DNA of 64,000 nt from an uncultured Acidimicrobiales bacterium (GTDB taxonomy: Bacteria; Actinomycetota; Acidimicrobiia; Acidimicrobiales; UBA10347): contig CALSSD010000010.1 of assembly GCA_943788915.1 (NCBI GenBank), positions 682,001-746,000 of the forward strand, read 5' to 3'. Below the pieces are notes generated by a model. It was not told where the DNA came from and ran no database searches. It saw only the letters and a list, made by a program, of their open reading frames with translations. The translations under genes and the position numbers were made by a program. Numbering within the stretch: position 1 is the stretch's first letter; each line of letters begins with the position of its first letter. Positions 37,614 through 48,212 of this stretch are shown piece by piece.

Positions 37614-38438
37614 ATGGGTGCATTCTGGGGGTCGATGGCAGCGCTCAGCATCGGCATGTCGGAGCTGTTCGGACGGCGCGTCGTGAACACGGCAGGTGCG
37701 CTGACTGCTGGCTTCGTCATGCAGGTGGTTGGCACGTTGACCGCGCTGGTCTCGGTTGTCTTCTTTGCGAGCGAGTTCGCAATGAACGATATGGCGTGGG
37801 GTGCCTTGTCTGGTTTTGGGATGGCATCTGGACTGGGTTGTTATTTCAGCGGGCTGAAGCACTCATCGGCCACCGTGGTCTCGCCGATGGTTGCGACACT
37901 TGCCGCGGTCATTCCGTTTGTCTACACCATCGTGCGGGGTGCAGACGTGTCGCTGATAGCGGTGGCCGGGGCCACCGTGGCCTTCGGCGGACTTGCGATC
38001 ATTGCAGCTGGCACCGGCGATGCCGTTGGCCTCCGGTCGGGTCTTGCCTGGGGGCTGGCGTCGGGCCTTTCCTATGGCACCGGCCTGAGCGTGCTTGTCG
38101 AGGTTTCTGACGCTGCGGGCGTATGGCCAGCGGTTTCGCAACGCATAGTTGGCACCATCGTGCTCGGCACTGCGGCAGTTCTCACCAAGTCAGTGTTGTG
38201 GCCACCGGCGGGGCACCGAGTCAACGGAATGACTGCTGGAGTGTTCGCCGGCCTCAGTTCGGTGTTTGCACTGATTGGTTTGGCGATCGACGCGCCGCCC
38301 ACGGTTGTTACCCAGTCGATGTTCCCGGTGGTCAGTGTGATTGTCGGGTTCTTGTACTTTGGCGATTCAGTAGCGCGCCGCCAGATCGTTGGGATCGTGT
38401 TGGTACTCGCTGGAATTGGTGCGGTCGTCGCCGGCTAG
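37614..38438 (+). CDS. EamA/DMT family transporter
   Basis: About 10 TM segments in two repeats; VVSPM, QIVGIVLVLAG. Confidence 0.8.
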   Translation: MGAFWGSMAALSIGMSELFGRRVVNTAGALTAGFVMQVVGTLTALVSVVFFASEFAMNDMAWGALSGFGMASGLGCYFSGLKHSSATVVSPMVATLAAVIPFVYTIVRGADVSLIAVAGATVAFGGLAIIAAGTGDAVGLRSGLAWGLASGLSYGTGLSVLVEVSDAAGVWPAVSQRIVGTIVLGTAAVLTKSVLWPPAGHRVNGMTAGVFAGLSSVFALIGLAIDAPPTVVTQSMFPVVSVIVGFLYFGDSVARRQIVGIVLVLAGIGAVVAG

Positions 38439-38487
38439 GCGGCAGACGCATTGGTCTCTCACTAGCGCCAGCGGTCACCGCCAGCGG

Positions 38488-38742
38488 TCAGCGGCGAGCG
38501 AGGCGACGCAGTAACGGCGGTTCGGTCTTGGGCGGCACCTTGCGCGGCGGCAGCTCCTGCAGCACCTGAGCGCTGGTCGCTCGGGTGATGATGGCCACCG
38601 CTCGTTCGAACGCTGCTTCTGTTGCTGCCGAGGTCTTCTGGACCCCGGTGATCTTGCGCACGTACTGGCGCGCCCCGGCTTCGATCTCTTCGCCGGTCGC
38701 TGTTGGCTCAAGCCCACGTAACGTTGTGATGTTTCTGCACAT
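38488..38742 (-). CDS. DUF2277 family protein
   Basis: MCRNITTLRGLEP.AT.EEIEA.ARQYVRK. Confidence 0.85.
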   Translation of the reverse strand: MCRNITTLRGLEPTATGEEIEAGARQYVRKITGVQKTSAATEAAFERAVAIITRATSAQVLQELPPRKVPPKTEPPLLRRLARR

Positions 38743-38857
38743 AGCAGCGAAGGTACCGCTGTTCGAGTGTTGGGGCCAGTGCCCGCAGCGGCGCAGGGTT
38801 TGTAACCTGCGGGCTGCTGGTGGAAATACCCCGACGCATCCGAAGGGTTTGAAATCG

Positions 38858-39940
38858 ATGAACGAAGTATCGAGGGTTGTCGATGTGGCTGTTATCGGCG
38901 CCGGTGCGGCGGGGCTGTATGCAGCGGACCTCGTTCGCAGGGCAGGCCATTCGGTGGTCGTGCTCGAAGGACGGGACCGAGTCGGCGGCAGGCTACTTTC
39001 GGTCCCAGCAGCCGGCGGCACGCTTGATCTCGGGGCAACCTGGTTCTGGTCCAACGAAGCGCAGGTTAACGAGGTTGTGGCGGCCGAAGGGCTTGTGGCT
39101 TTTCGGCAATACCTCGACGGCGACGCCATGTTTCAGAACGAGCAGGGCGCGCAACGGATGCAAGGCAACCAGGTCGACGCGCCGTCAGGGCGTCTCGTCG
39201 ATGGCACGCAGTCGATTACCCATGCACTTGCCGCTCGCCTTGGTGATGGCGTCATCCACCTTGAGGCTGTCGTCACCACCGTGAGCGAGGTGCCAGAGGC
39301 TCCCGAGGTTTTAGCGATCGCCACAACATGCGGGCAGATCTGGCACGCCCGCCAGTTGATCGTTGCCGTGCCGCCAGCGACAGCCGAGGCCCGGATCGAC
39401 TTTGGCGGAGCGCTGTCCGAACCCGTGCGCTCTTTGGCGGCAGAAACGCCGGTGTGGATGGGAAACATCGTCAAGGTCGTGGCCCACTATGCCCGCCCGT
39501 TCTGGCGAAATGCTGGCCTGGCTGGTGCAGCGTTTAGCTACACCGGGCCAATGCGAGAACTCCATGACATGAGCGGTCCTCACGGCACCCCTGCCGCCAT
39601 CTTCGGGTTCGCGCAACCGGGTGCTGGCCACCCCGCTCCGACCGAAGCCGAGATCATCAGTCAGCTCACCGCGCTGTTTGGCAGTGAAGCAGCGGAGCCG
39701 GAGGCGCTACACGTCCAGGACTGGCGAACCGAACCGATGACATCGCCCGACAATGTCGACGATCTCACGAAGTATCAGACCTACGGCCATCCACTCTTTG
39801 GTGAGCCCATTCTGAACGGAAGGGGTCACTGGGCCTCGACCGAAACAGCCACGACTGCGCCGGGCCACATCGAAGGTGCCTTGCAGGCGGCAACTCGCGC
39901 CGCTCAAGCAGTAGTCGTCAGGTTGGCGACAGTCATCTGA
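38858..39940 (+). CDS. Flavin monoamine oxidase family protein
   Basis: IGAGAAG, EGRDRVGGR, DLGATWFW, PGHIEGAL. Confidence 0.9.
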   Translation: MNEVSRVVDVAVIGAGAAGLYAADLVRRAGHSVVVLEGRDRVGGRLLSVPAAGGTLDLGATWFWSNEAQVNEVVAAEGLVAFRQYLDGDAMFQNEQGAQRMQGNQVDAPSGRLVDGTQSITHALAARLGDGVIHLEAVVTTVSEVPEAPEVLAIATTCGQIWHARQLIVAVPPATAEARIDFGGALSEPVRSLAAETPVWMGNIVKVVAHYARPFWRNAGLAGAAFSYTGPMRELHDMSGPHGTPAAIFGFAQPGAGHPAPTEAEIISQLTALFGSEAAEPEALHVQDWRTEPMTSPDNVDDLTKYQTYGHPLFGEPILNGRGHWASTETATTAPGHIEGALQAATRAAQAVVVRLATVI

Positions 39941-40000
39941 GTTGCGAGACCATCACGAGCCAGAGAAGCGACCTGCCGTCGAACACGGACGACACAGGCA

Positions 40001-40663
40001 TTAAGACTCGCCTCGCCTCAGCTTCTTGGCGTACTCGACATCGGTGATGACACCGCCTTCGTCGGCTACCTGTGCCTGGACCGACTCGTCGAGGACATCT
40101 TGGATGCCGTCGATGCGTTTCCAGGTGGCAAGTGGCTGTTCGCCAGCCTCGTTGGGAACATACTTCGACGTTTCGACGCGCGTGTGTTTGTGGATATAGC
40201 GGGCGCAGTTGATGAAAGCGGCGGTCACTGCCACTCGACAAATGAGGATCGCTCCGGGATACTCGGTGAGTAGTTCGTCGTCGGTGTGGACGGATGCTTC
40301 GCCTTGCACTCGCACTCGTTGGGGTGTTTCGAAGTCCATGAACAGCAAGCCGATCTTGCCGGTGTCCGTCATGTTCCCAGCGGAAAGAAACATGCCATTG
40401 CCGTCGTAGATAGGAAACGCAAGGGTGGTGCTGTCCACCACAGAGACCACCCCCACGCCTCCGCCCTTGTAAGAGACGGTGGGTTCGCCTTGTGCATTCA
40501 CGGTTGCGAGGTAGAAGTAGTCGCGACTGGTGATGAAGTCGGTGTGTTGATCGTCGAGTTCCTCGACAACGATGGCCATCTGAAGACGATCAGCGAGCGG
40601 GCGGCTATCGAACTGATCCTGGAGCGATCGCTGTTGCGCTGTGTAGAACTCGGTGTCGGACAT
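40001..40663 (-). CDS. Pyridoxamine 5'-phosphate oxidase-like FMN-binding protein
   Basis: FYLAT...VSYKGG, YDGNGMFLSAGN, GLLFMDF, FINCARYIH. Confidence 0.88.
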   Translation of the reverse strand: MSDTEFYTAQQRSLQDQFDSRPLADRLQMAIVVEELDDQHTDFITSRDYFYLATVNAQGEPTVSYKGGGVGVVSVVDSTTLAFPIYDGNGMFLSAGNMTDTGKIGLLFMDFETPQRVRVQGEASVHTDDELLTEYPGAILICRVAVTAAFINCARYIHKHTRVETSKYVPNEAGEQPLATWKRIDGIQDVLDESVQAQVADEGGVITDVEYAKKLRRGES

Positions 40664-40981
40664 GTCCTAGCTTGGCATGCGCCTGCTTGCCCACCGAATG
40701 TGGTCGCCAGCGAATGCAGCGGCCCATCGAATGTCAGTAGAGCACCTGCGGTCGTGATGTGGTTGCCAGACGGAGGTAGTTCGGGCGTGTATCCCGAGCA
40801 AATCCTTCCTCAATTGATGTGTTGTGGCCCTAACTGAGTGGTTCTGGGCCAGGGAGTAGGTGGCCCACGTCAGCCATCGCCTGCACCAGTTCTGATCGTG
40901 CCAGACTGGATGCTGGCATAGAGTCAGGCACTCGTGGTGGGGAATGGTCCTCTACGGTGAGGTAATGATTAGGCGCAGGCC

Positions 40982-41581
40982 ATGAAGCTGCCCACGGGTC
41001 AGGCTCTGCACTGGTTGGGCGGCGATAGTCACATCGGTGATGCCACGTTCGACGATGACACGCTCACGTTGCAGGCGGGCGCCGGTACAGATTGGTTCAT
41101 CGATCCGGCAATGCTGGAACAGACCGCGACTGCACCGGTCCTCGTCAGCCGTGTCGACGGCGATTGTCAGGTGACGGCGCTCGTGACTGTTGGTTTCGAA
41201 GCGATGTTCGACGCTGGCGTGCTCTTCGTGCACCAAACGAACGAGCGATATGCCAAGTTGTGTTTTGAGCTGTCGCCAGAGCGGGAGCAGACCGTCGTCT
41301 CCGTGGTGACCCAGGCGGTGTCCGACGATGCAAATGGCCCGGTGATTCAGGGTGGTCAGGTGTGGTTGCGTGTCTCGACTGTCGGCAGTGCGATTGCGTT
41401 CCACTGGTCCGCTGATGGCACTTGGTGGAATCTGCTGCGTTACTTCCGATTCGCTGACCCGACCGCGCCCCTGCTCCTCGGTTTCTGTTCCCAGTCACCG
41501 ACGGGCGAAGGGTGTACAAGCCGGTTCAGCCAGATCTCATGGGCGGCCACCAGACTCCTCGATGTCCGAGACGGCAGCTGA
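40982..41581 (+). CDS. DUF1349 (concanavalin A-like) protein
   Basis: TDWFIDP, FDAGVLF, AKLCFE, SVVT...SDDAN, WSADG. Confidence 0.85.
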   Translation: MKLPTGQALHWLGGDSHIGDATFDDDTLTLQAGAGTDWFIDPAMLEQTATAPVLVSRVDGDCQVTALVTVGFEAMFDAGVLFVHQTNERYAKLCFELSPEREQTVVSVVTQAVSDDANGPVIQGGQVWLRVSTVGSAIAFHWSADGTWWNLLRYFRFADPTAPLLLGFCSQSPTGEGCTSRFSQISWAATRLLDVRDGS

Positions 41582-41970
41582 CCAATGGGTAACAACCAGT
41601 AACCGGCTGCGTCGTGCTGGTCTTGGCCGGTAAGCGCCTACATTGCCCTCCTAGACCATGCACAGCGGCGTACCGTGCACTTTTCCTTGTACTCGTTCGC
41701 CCGTCGGGGGCGTCGGCAGCGGTGAGTGCTCTCTATGTACTGGCCTCAGATTCCTGGCCGAGTGCCAAGTGACCGGATCACACCTACACGAAGCACCGCA
41801 ACCTAGATGGCGCGGTGCCGAATCTACTCGTCGTCGGTGATCGTCTGATCGCTGAGTTCGGCCAACCGGCGGTTTTTATAGGTACCAACAGGCGCGCCTC
41901 ATCCGTGTAGTTCCCCACATATTTGGTGTGCGGGGTAGTGCTGGGCGAACGTGGGGGAGTGAATACCACG

Positions 41971-43209
41971 ATGAGTCCAACTGCGCTCGGCCACCTAAGG
42001 ATCTGTGACTTCACCGGACAGCTGGCTGGTGCCGGCGCGACTCGGCATCTTGGCGCCTTCGGTGCCGAGGTCATCCGTATCGAGGATCCGGTGCGGGAGG
42101 GCAAGTGGGACATCCTGCGGGGTTCACCGCCGTTTAAGGACGAGCGACGCGGCATCGAGTTCGGTTCGGGGTTCCAGAACCACAACGTGACCAAACGTGG
42201 CATCACGTTGAACATGCGGACTGACCGGGCCAAGGAGTTGCTTCGCGAGTTGGTCGCTGTCTCCGATGCCGTGACCGAAAATTTCGCTGCCGGTGTCCTG
42301 GACCGCATGGGTTTTGGCTACGAGCAGCTGAGCGCCATCAAACCCGACGTGATCTATGTGTCCAACTGTGGCTTCGGCCAGGTCGGACCCTATGCCGGGT
42401 TCAAATCGTGGGGTCCGATCGCTCAGGCCGTTGGTGGGCTGACCTTTGGCTCGGGCTTACCCGATCAGCCGCCAGCCGGGTGGGGGTACTCGTACATGGA
42501 CCACCATGGTGGCTATTTTATGGCGATCGCTATCCTGGCGGCGCTGGTGCACCGCGACACGACCGGCCAGGGCCAATGGGTCGATATGTCGTGTACCGAG
42601 GCTGCTGCGTCCTTGCTCGGTCCATCGGTGCTCGATTACACGGTCAACGCAAGGCCAGCGCGACGTGAGGGCAACCCGCACAGCAACCGCGACGCCACCG
42701 GCACCATGGCGCCACATGGGATCTACGCCACCAGTGGCATCGACAATTGGATCGCCATCTCGGTCCGAGACGACGACGAGTGGGTTGCACTCACGACCGA
42801 GATCGGTGAGCCGTGGACGACAAGTGAGAGGTTGGCCGATGCAGGTGGCCGGCTGGCGAACCAGGACGTGCTCGATGCCGAGATCGACCGGTGGACACGG
42901 GGCCACGATCGTCATGTGCTCGCAGCGCGTCTACAGGCGCTCGGAATCGCGGCCGCGGCGGTGGCTCGACCTGAGGACCGCATCGATCATGATCCGGCAA
43001 CCGAGGCGTGGGGTTTGTGGCCGACCGTCGATCACGCAGCCATGGGTGAGGTTCGTGTCGATGGTCTACCAGTGCATTTGAGCGAGACGGACTGGGTGAT
43101 CAACCGGGCCACACCCACCCTCGGTGCTGACAACGACTATGTCTTCGGCGAGATCCTGGGGCTCGAACCCGCCGAGATCGAGTCACTTCGAGACGAAGGT
43201 GTGATCTGA
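41971..43209 (+). CDS. CoA-transferase family III (CaiB/BaiF)
   Basis: RICDFTGQLAG, GAEVIRIE, NVTKRGITLN, ENFAAG. Confidence 0.92.
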   Translation: MSPTALGHLRICDFTGQLAGAGATRHLGAFGAEVIRIEDPVREGKWDILRGSPPFKDERRGIEFGSGFQNHNVTKRGITLNMRTDRAKELLRELVAVSDAVTENFAAGVLDRMGFGYEQLSAIKPDVIYVSNCGFGQVGPYAGFKSWGPIAQAVGGLTFGSGLPDQPPAGWGYSYMDHHGGYFMAIAILAALVHRDTTGQGQWVDMSCTEAAASLLGPSVLDYTVNARPARREGNPHSNRDATGTMAPHGIYATSGIDNWIAISVRDDDEWVALTTEIGEPWTTSERLADAGGRLANQDVLDAEIDRWTRGHDRHVLAARLQALGIAAAAVARPEDRIDHDPATEAWGLWPTVDHAAMGEVRVDGLPVHLSETDWVINRATPTLGADNDYVFGEILGLEPAEIESLRDEGVI

Positions 43210-44444
43210 TGGCACCGCTCGACGGGTGGACGGTTATCGAACTGTCCTCACAAGCAACCGCATTCGCCGGCAAGTTGTTGGCCGACATGGGCGCCGACGT
43301 GATCGTGGTCGAACCGCCGGGAGGCAGCCCTCTTCGCAACCTCGGTCCGTTTCTCGATGACCAACCGGGGCCCGAACACAGCCTCTACTGGTGGCACTAC
43401 AACACCTCGAAACGTAGCGTCGTGCTCGATCTTGAGGATCCCGAAGGTCGGGTTACATTCGAAGCTTTGGTGGCCGATGCTGGGATTCTGCTCGAAGGCG
43501 AACGCCCCGGACGACTGGCCGAACTGGGCATCGACTATCCGGATCTCGTCGGGGTTCGGCCCGACCTCGTGCACTGTTCGGTGACGCCGTTCGGTCGTCA
43601 GGGTCCACGAAGCGACGAACATGTCACCGACCTCACCATCTTGGCGACCGGTGGTCCGGTGTGGAGCTGCGGCTACGACGACCACGAGATTCCCCCGGTG
43701 CGCGGCGGCGGCCACCAGGGTTACCAAACCGGAGGTGTGTGGGCCGTCATCTCGATTCTGACCGCGGCAATCCATCGCCGACATGCGGGAGCGGGCCAAC
43801 ATATCGATGTCAGCAACCACGCCGCCGTCAACGTCACGACCGAAGCCGCGACCTACAGCTGGTTGGTTGCAGGCAGCGAGGTGCAGCGCCAGACGGGTCG
43901 ACACGCGGTGCACCGCCCTACGACCCCCACGCAGGTGCAGTGTGCCGATGGCAAGTACCTAAACACCGGTGTGCCGCCTCGTAGACCCGAAGAGTTCAAG
44001 GTGCTCCACCAGTGGCTGGTCGAGCTCGGGCTCGACCAGGAATTCCCGCTGGCCCCACTTCTGGAACTCGGTGGCACCTACGAGAACATCGGGATGGCCG
44101 AGATCGAGGAAGATCCGATGATCGCCGAGGTCTTCGGTGCCGGCCGTGACGCGATAGGCCTGATTGCCGGCCGTCTGAGCGCCAACGACGCGTTCATCGG
44201 CTTTCAGTCCCGTGGTATTCCGGTTGGTCCAGTTAATGCTCCCGAAGATGTCATGAACGACCCCCACTTCATCGCCCGTGGATTTGTGGTCGACGTCGAT
44301 CACGACGATGTGGGCCGATCGTTCCAGTATCCGGGGGCGCCGATCTCGATGACCGGCTCACCTTTCGCTGCCCCGACGCGGGCGCCGCTCGTTGGTGAGC
44401 ACACCGAGGAAGTCCTCGGGCTGCTGGACCCGGAGCACCGCTGA
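43209..44444 (+). CDS. CoA-transferase family III (second subunit/paralog)
   Basis: LADMGADVIVVEPPGG, NTSKRSVVLDL, APLVGEHTEEV; TGATG overlap with the upstream gene. Confidence 0.92.
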   Translation: MAPLDGWTVIELSSQATAFAGKLLADMGADVIVVEPPGGSPLRNLGPFLDDQPGPEHSLYWWHYNTSKRSVVLDLEDPEGRVTFEALVADAGILLEGERPGRLAELGIDYPDLVGVRPDLVHCSVTPFGRQGPRSDEHVTDLTILATGGPVWSCGYDDHEIPPVRGGGHQGYQTGGVWAVISILTAAIHRRHAGAGQHIDVSNHAAVNVTTEAATYSWLVAGSEVQRQTGRHAVHRPTTPTQVQCADGKYLNTGVPPRRPEEFKVLHQWLVELGLDQEFPLAPLLELGGTYENIGMAEIEEDPMIAEVFGAGRDAIGLIAGRLSANDAFIGFQSRGIPVGPVNAPEDVMNDPHFIARGFVVDVDHDDVGRSFQYPGAPISMTGSPFAAPTRAPLVGEHTEEVLGLLDPEHR

Positions 44445-44737
44445 CACAATCGACCATCCGAGGCTGATTCCTAGTGAGTTAGGCACCCGTTGGGTGCTGA
44501 ATCACGAGACCCCGGCAGACGATCGGATTGCGACTCCAATTTCAGCGTCCTCAGATCCTCGCCTCCGGAACCGTGGGTGCAGAAGGACGAACCCGTTCGG
44601 AAGTCATACCTAGGTCACCCAGCAGGCGACACCGGGGTGTCGTGGTGCCAGGACCGCATGAACATTTGCACCTCGTTGTAGAACCGCTCGGCCGCCACAA
44701 TTGTCGTCGCGCTGCTCGCATGTGGCAGCGTCCAAGG

Positions 44738-47700
44738 ATGCAACAGATCGCTCATCTGCTCGTGGCCAACCGCGGCGAGATCGCCATTCGTGTCCTGCGG
44801 GCCGCCGCCGACCTCGGCATACGAACCACCGCCGTCTACACCGTCGCTGACGCAACCTCTCGCCACACCGCCCACGCCGACGTGGCCATCGAACTTCCTG
44901 GCTCCGGCGTGGGTGGTTACCTAGACATCGAGGCGATCATCGCTGCAGCGACCGCCAACGGGGCCGACGCAATCCATCCCGGCTACGGCTTCCTCGCAGA
45001 GAATGCGGACTTGGCCAGAGCGTGTGCAGCCGCGGGGATCACCTTCGTCGGGCCAACCTCAGAGGTGCTCGGCCTCTTCGGCGACAAGGTCACGGCACGC
45101 CAGACTGCTGCCGCCGCCGGACTGCCCATACTCGCCGGCAGCCCAGGGCCGGCCACGGTCGACGAAGCCGGGGCCTTGCTCGAAACCCATGGGGCAATCA
45201 TGTTGAAGGCGGTCGCCGGAGGCGGCGGTCGCGGCATGCGTGCGGTGCGTACCGCCGACGAGCTCGCTTCGGCATGGGACCGTTGCGTCTCGGAAGCCAC
45301 CAAGGCCTTCGGCCGAGGCGACGTCTATGTCGAGCAACTCGTGCAGCGAGCAAGACATATCGAGGTGCAGATCGTGGGCGACGGCAGCGCTGTCACTCAC
45401 CTCGGCGAGCGTGATTGCAGTGTGCAGCGACGCAACCAGAAGGTCGTCGAGATTGCGCCTGCGCCCAACCTGCCCTCCGAGGTCCGCGACCAGATCTGCG
45501 CTGCAGCGGTCGAGCTCGGCCGATCGGTTTCCTATTCGAGCGTGGGAACCGTCGAGTTCCTTGTCAACGCCGACGACCCTGCGCAGTTCTGGTTCATCGA
45601 AACCAACGCCCGCATCCAAGTCGAACACACCATCACTGAAGAAGTCAGCGGTGTCGATGTCGTGGCCACGCAACTCCGCCTGGCACAGGGTGCAACGCTG
45701 GCGGACCTCGATCTCACCGAACCACCCGCCATTCGGGGCTGGGCGATCCAGGCTCGTATCAACGCCGAAACGATCGAGCCGAGCGGTCTGACCAAACCAA
45801 GTAGCGGCACTATCGGCGTGATCGAACTTGCGGCAGGCCCGGGTGTGCGCGTCGACTCTGCCGGATATGCGGGCCTGGCCATCAATGCGAACTTCGACTC
45901 GCTGCTGGCCAAGCTCATTGTGCATCGGCCCAGAGGCACGTTCGCAGAAGCCGCCGCCAAGCTCAGGTCTGCACTGGCCGAGTGCCGCATCGAGGGCGTG
46001 GCCACCAACCTCGGCTTCCTCCGCAACATCGTCGATCACCAGATGTTCGCCTCGGCCACCACCGGCTTTGTCGAAGAACAGTTGGCGGAGCTCACTGCCG
46101 CACCTGTTGGACCGTTGCGCCACGTCGTCACCTCCCGAACGCCAACCGCACCCCACGAGCAGGCCGGTGCCCGACTGGACAGCACCGATCCGCTGGCGGT
46201 GCTCGACTTCGGTCATGCGGCGGCGACGCCAACCACAACCAAGCAGATCGTTGAGGCAACACTGCCCGACGGACGCTCAGCGGTGCGCACACCGCTGCAA
46301 GGAACGATCGTCACCATCGAGGTCGTTGCCGGTGACTCCGTGCACCGAGGCCAACTCGTGGCAGTGGTCGAGGCGATGAAAATGGAACACGAAATCACCG
46401 CCGCGGTCGGCGGCACCATCGAACGGATCGAGGTTGCCCCAGGCGACACGTTGTGGGCCGACGAGTTGCTGATGGTCATCGCCGAGAGCGGCGATCTGGT
46501 CGACGAGGCAGCCGTGGCCGAGGATGTCGACCTAGACGAGACCCGACCCAGCCTGGCCGAGATGCTCAAGCTGCGTGACCGCATGATGGACGAAGCTCGC
46601 CCTGACGCTGTCGACCGCCGTCGCAAGACTGGGCAACGCACTGCTCGCGAGAACCTCGCCGATCTCGTCGACAGCGACACCTTCGTCGAATACGGCACGA
46701 TGGCGTTGGCAGCACAACGCCGTCGACGCACCAAGGACGACCTGATCAATCGCAGCCCCGCCGACGGCCTGATCACCGGCGTCGGCGCCGTCAACAGCGA
46801 GTTGTTCGACGAACCGACCAACCGTTGCGCGGTGATGATCTATGACTACACGGTGTTTGCCGGAACTCAGGGCATCCGCAATCATGCGAAAACCGACCGG
46901 ATCATCGACATCGCCACCGAGGGACGTATGCCGTTCATCCTCTACGCCGAGGGTGGCGGTGGTCGGCCCGGCGATACCGATGGCGGTGACTTCGGCAGCC
47001 GCACGTTCTCGCGCTTCGCCACGATGAGTGCGCTGGTGCCGATGGTCGGGGTGGTATCCGGCTTCTGTTTTGCGGGTAACGCGTCGCTGCTCGGCTGCTG
47101 CGACGTGATCATCGCCACGAAGAACACCAATATTGGTATGGGTGGTCCTGCCATGATCGAGGGTGGCGGGCTTGGCGTGTTCCGGCCTGAGGAAATCGGC
47201 CCGGCGGAAGTCCACACCGCAAACGGCGTGATTGATGTCCTGGTCGAAGATGAGGCCGAGGCGACTGCGGTAGCGAAGAAGTACCTCGCGTACTTCCAGG
47301 GCCCGGTGACGGAATGGGAGGCCCATGATCAACGGTGGTTACGCCGAGCCATCCCCGAGAACCGTCTGCGTACCTACGATGTTCGCGAACTCGTGCACTA
47401 TCTGGCCGACGTGGACTCGGTGCTCGAGCTGCGGAAGGACTTCGGCCACGGGATCATGACTGCCCTAGTTCGGATCGAAGGCAAACCGGTTGGCCTGATC
47501 GCCAACAACCCCAACCATCTTGGCGGTGCCATCGACAGCGATGGAGCGGACAAGGGCGCGCGATTCATGCAGCTGTGCGACGCCTTCGACCTGCCGGTTC
47601 TCTCACTGTGCGACACCCCCGGCATCATGGTCGGCCCAGAGGTCGAGAAGACGGCGCTGGTGCGCCACGCGAACCGCATGTTCCTGATCGGTGCCAACCT

Positions 47701-48088
47701 CGATGTGCCGATCTTCAGCGTGATCGTGCGCAAGGCCTATGGGCTTGGAGGCATCGCCATGGCCGGCGGTTCGTTCAAGAAGCCGATGTTCAGCGTGGCG
47801 TGGCCCACTGCAGAGTTTGGGCCGATGGGTCTCGAGGGGTCGGTCAAGCTCGGCTTCCGCGCAGAGTTGGCCGAGATCGAGGACCTCGACGAACGCAAGG
47901 CCCGCTACGACGAACTCGTGGCCAAGGAGTACGAGCGGGGCAAGGCCTTAAATCATGCGACCGGCTTCGCCATCGACGACACGATCGATCCGGCCGACAC
48001 CCGTCACTGGGTGGCAAACCTGATGGCTTCGATGCGTCCGGCACCTGCTCGGGAAGGCAAGAAAAGGTCAGCCATCGACGGCTGGTAG
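44738..48088 (+). CDS. Single-chain biotin-dependent acyl-CoA carboxylase (BC-BCCP-CT fusion, LCC-like)
   Basis: LVANRGEIA, HPGYGFLAEN, GGGGRGM, EAMKM biotinylation site, CT motifs AGTQG / GMGGPAM / DTPGIMVG. Confidence 0.93.
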   Translation: MQQIAHLLVANRGEIAIRVLRAAADLGIRTTAVYTVADATSRHTAHADVAIELPGSGVGGYLDIEAIIAAATANGADAIHPGYGFLAENADLARACAAAGITFVGPTSEVLGLFGDKVTARQTAAAAGLPILAGSPGPATVDEAGALLETHGAIMLKAVAGGGGRGMRAVRTADELASAWDRCVSEATKAFGRGDVYVEQLVQRARHIEVQIVGDGSAVTHLGERDCSVQRRNQKVVEIAPAPNLPSEVRDQICAAAVELGRSVSYSSVGTVEFLVNADDPAQFWFIETNARIQVEHTITEEVSGVDVVATQLRLAQGATLADLDLTEPPAIRGWAIQARINAETIEPSGLTKPSSGTIGVIELAAGPGVRVDSAGYAGLAINANFDSLLAKLIVHRPRGTFAEAAAKLRSALAECRIEGVATNLGFLRNIVDHQMFASATTGFVEEQLAELTAAPVGPLRHVVTSRTPTAPHEQAGARLDSTDPLAVLDFGHAAATPTTTKQIVEATLPDGRSAVRTPLQGTIVTIEVVAGDSVHRGQLVAVVEAMKMEHEITAAVGGTIERIEVAPGDTLWADELLMVIAESGDLVDEAAVAEDVDLDETRPSLAEMLKLRDRMMDEARPDAVDRRRKTGQRTARENLADLVDSDTFVEYGTMALAAQRRRRTKDDLINRSPADGLITGVGAVNSELFDEPTNRCAVMIYDYTVFAGTQGIRNHAKTDRIIDIATEGRMPFILYAEGGGGRPGDTDGGDFGSRTFSRFATMSALVPMVGVVSGFCFAGNASLLGCCDVIIATKNTNIGMGGPAMIEGGGLGVFRPEEIGPAEVHTANGVIDVLVEDEAEATAVAKKYLAYFQGPVTEWEAHDQRWLRRAIPENRLRTYDVRELVHYLADVDSVLELRKDFGHGIMTALVRIEGKPVGLIANNPNHLGGAIDSDGADKGARFMQLCDAFDLPVLSLCDTPGIMVGPEVEKTALVRHANRMFLIGANLDVPIFSVIVRKAYGLGGIAMAGGSFKKPMFSVAWPTAEFGPMGLEGSVKLGFRAELAEIEDLDERKARYDELVAKEYERGKALNHATGFAIDDTIDPADTRHWVANLMASMRPAPAREGKKRSAIDGW

Positions 48089-48212
48089 TGGAGTTCTCCG
48101 ACAGGATGCGGGTGCGTTCCTCGGCCGATCCGACAACCACGCGACGTGGACCATGGGGGACCCCGTCGTTCCAAGCGAGATAGTCGTATTCCGTCGTCCT
48201 CTGTTGTCGAGG

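Noticed and set aside
40680..40980. Long intergenic stretches (also 41600-41950, 44450-44730, 59080-59380) with coding-like fragments
   Set aside because: Interrupted frames with no recognisable family; cannot support a call without a database search
45059..46216. Long antisense ORFs (this 385-aa one and others opposite major genes)
   Set aside because: Shadow ORFs expected opposite GC-rich coding sequence; no family motifs
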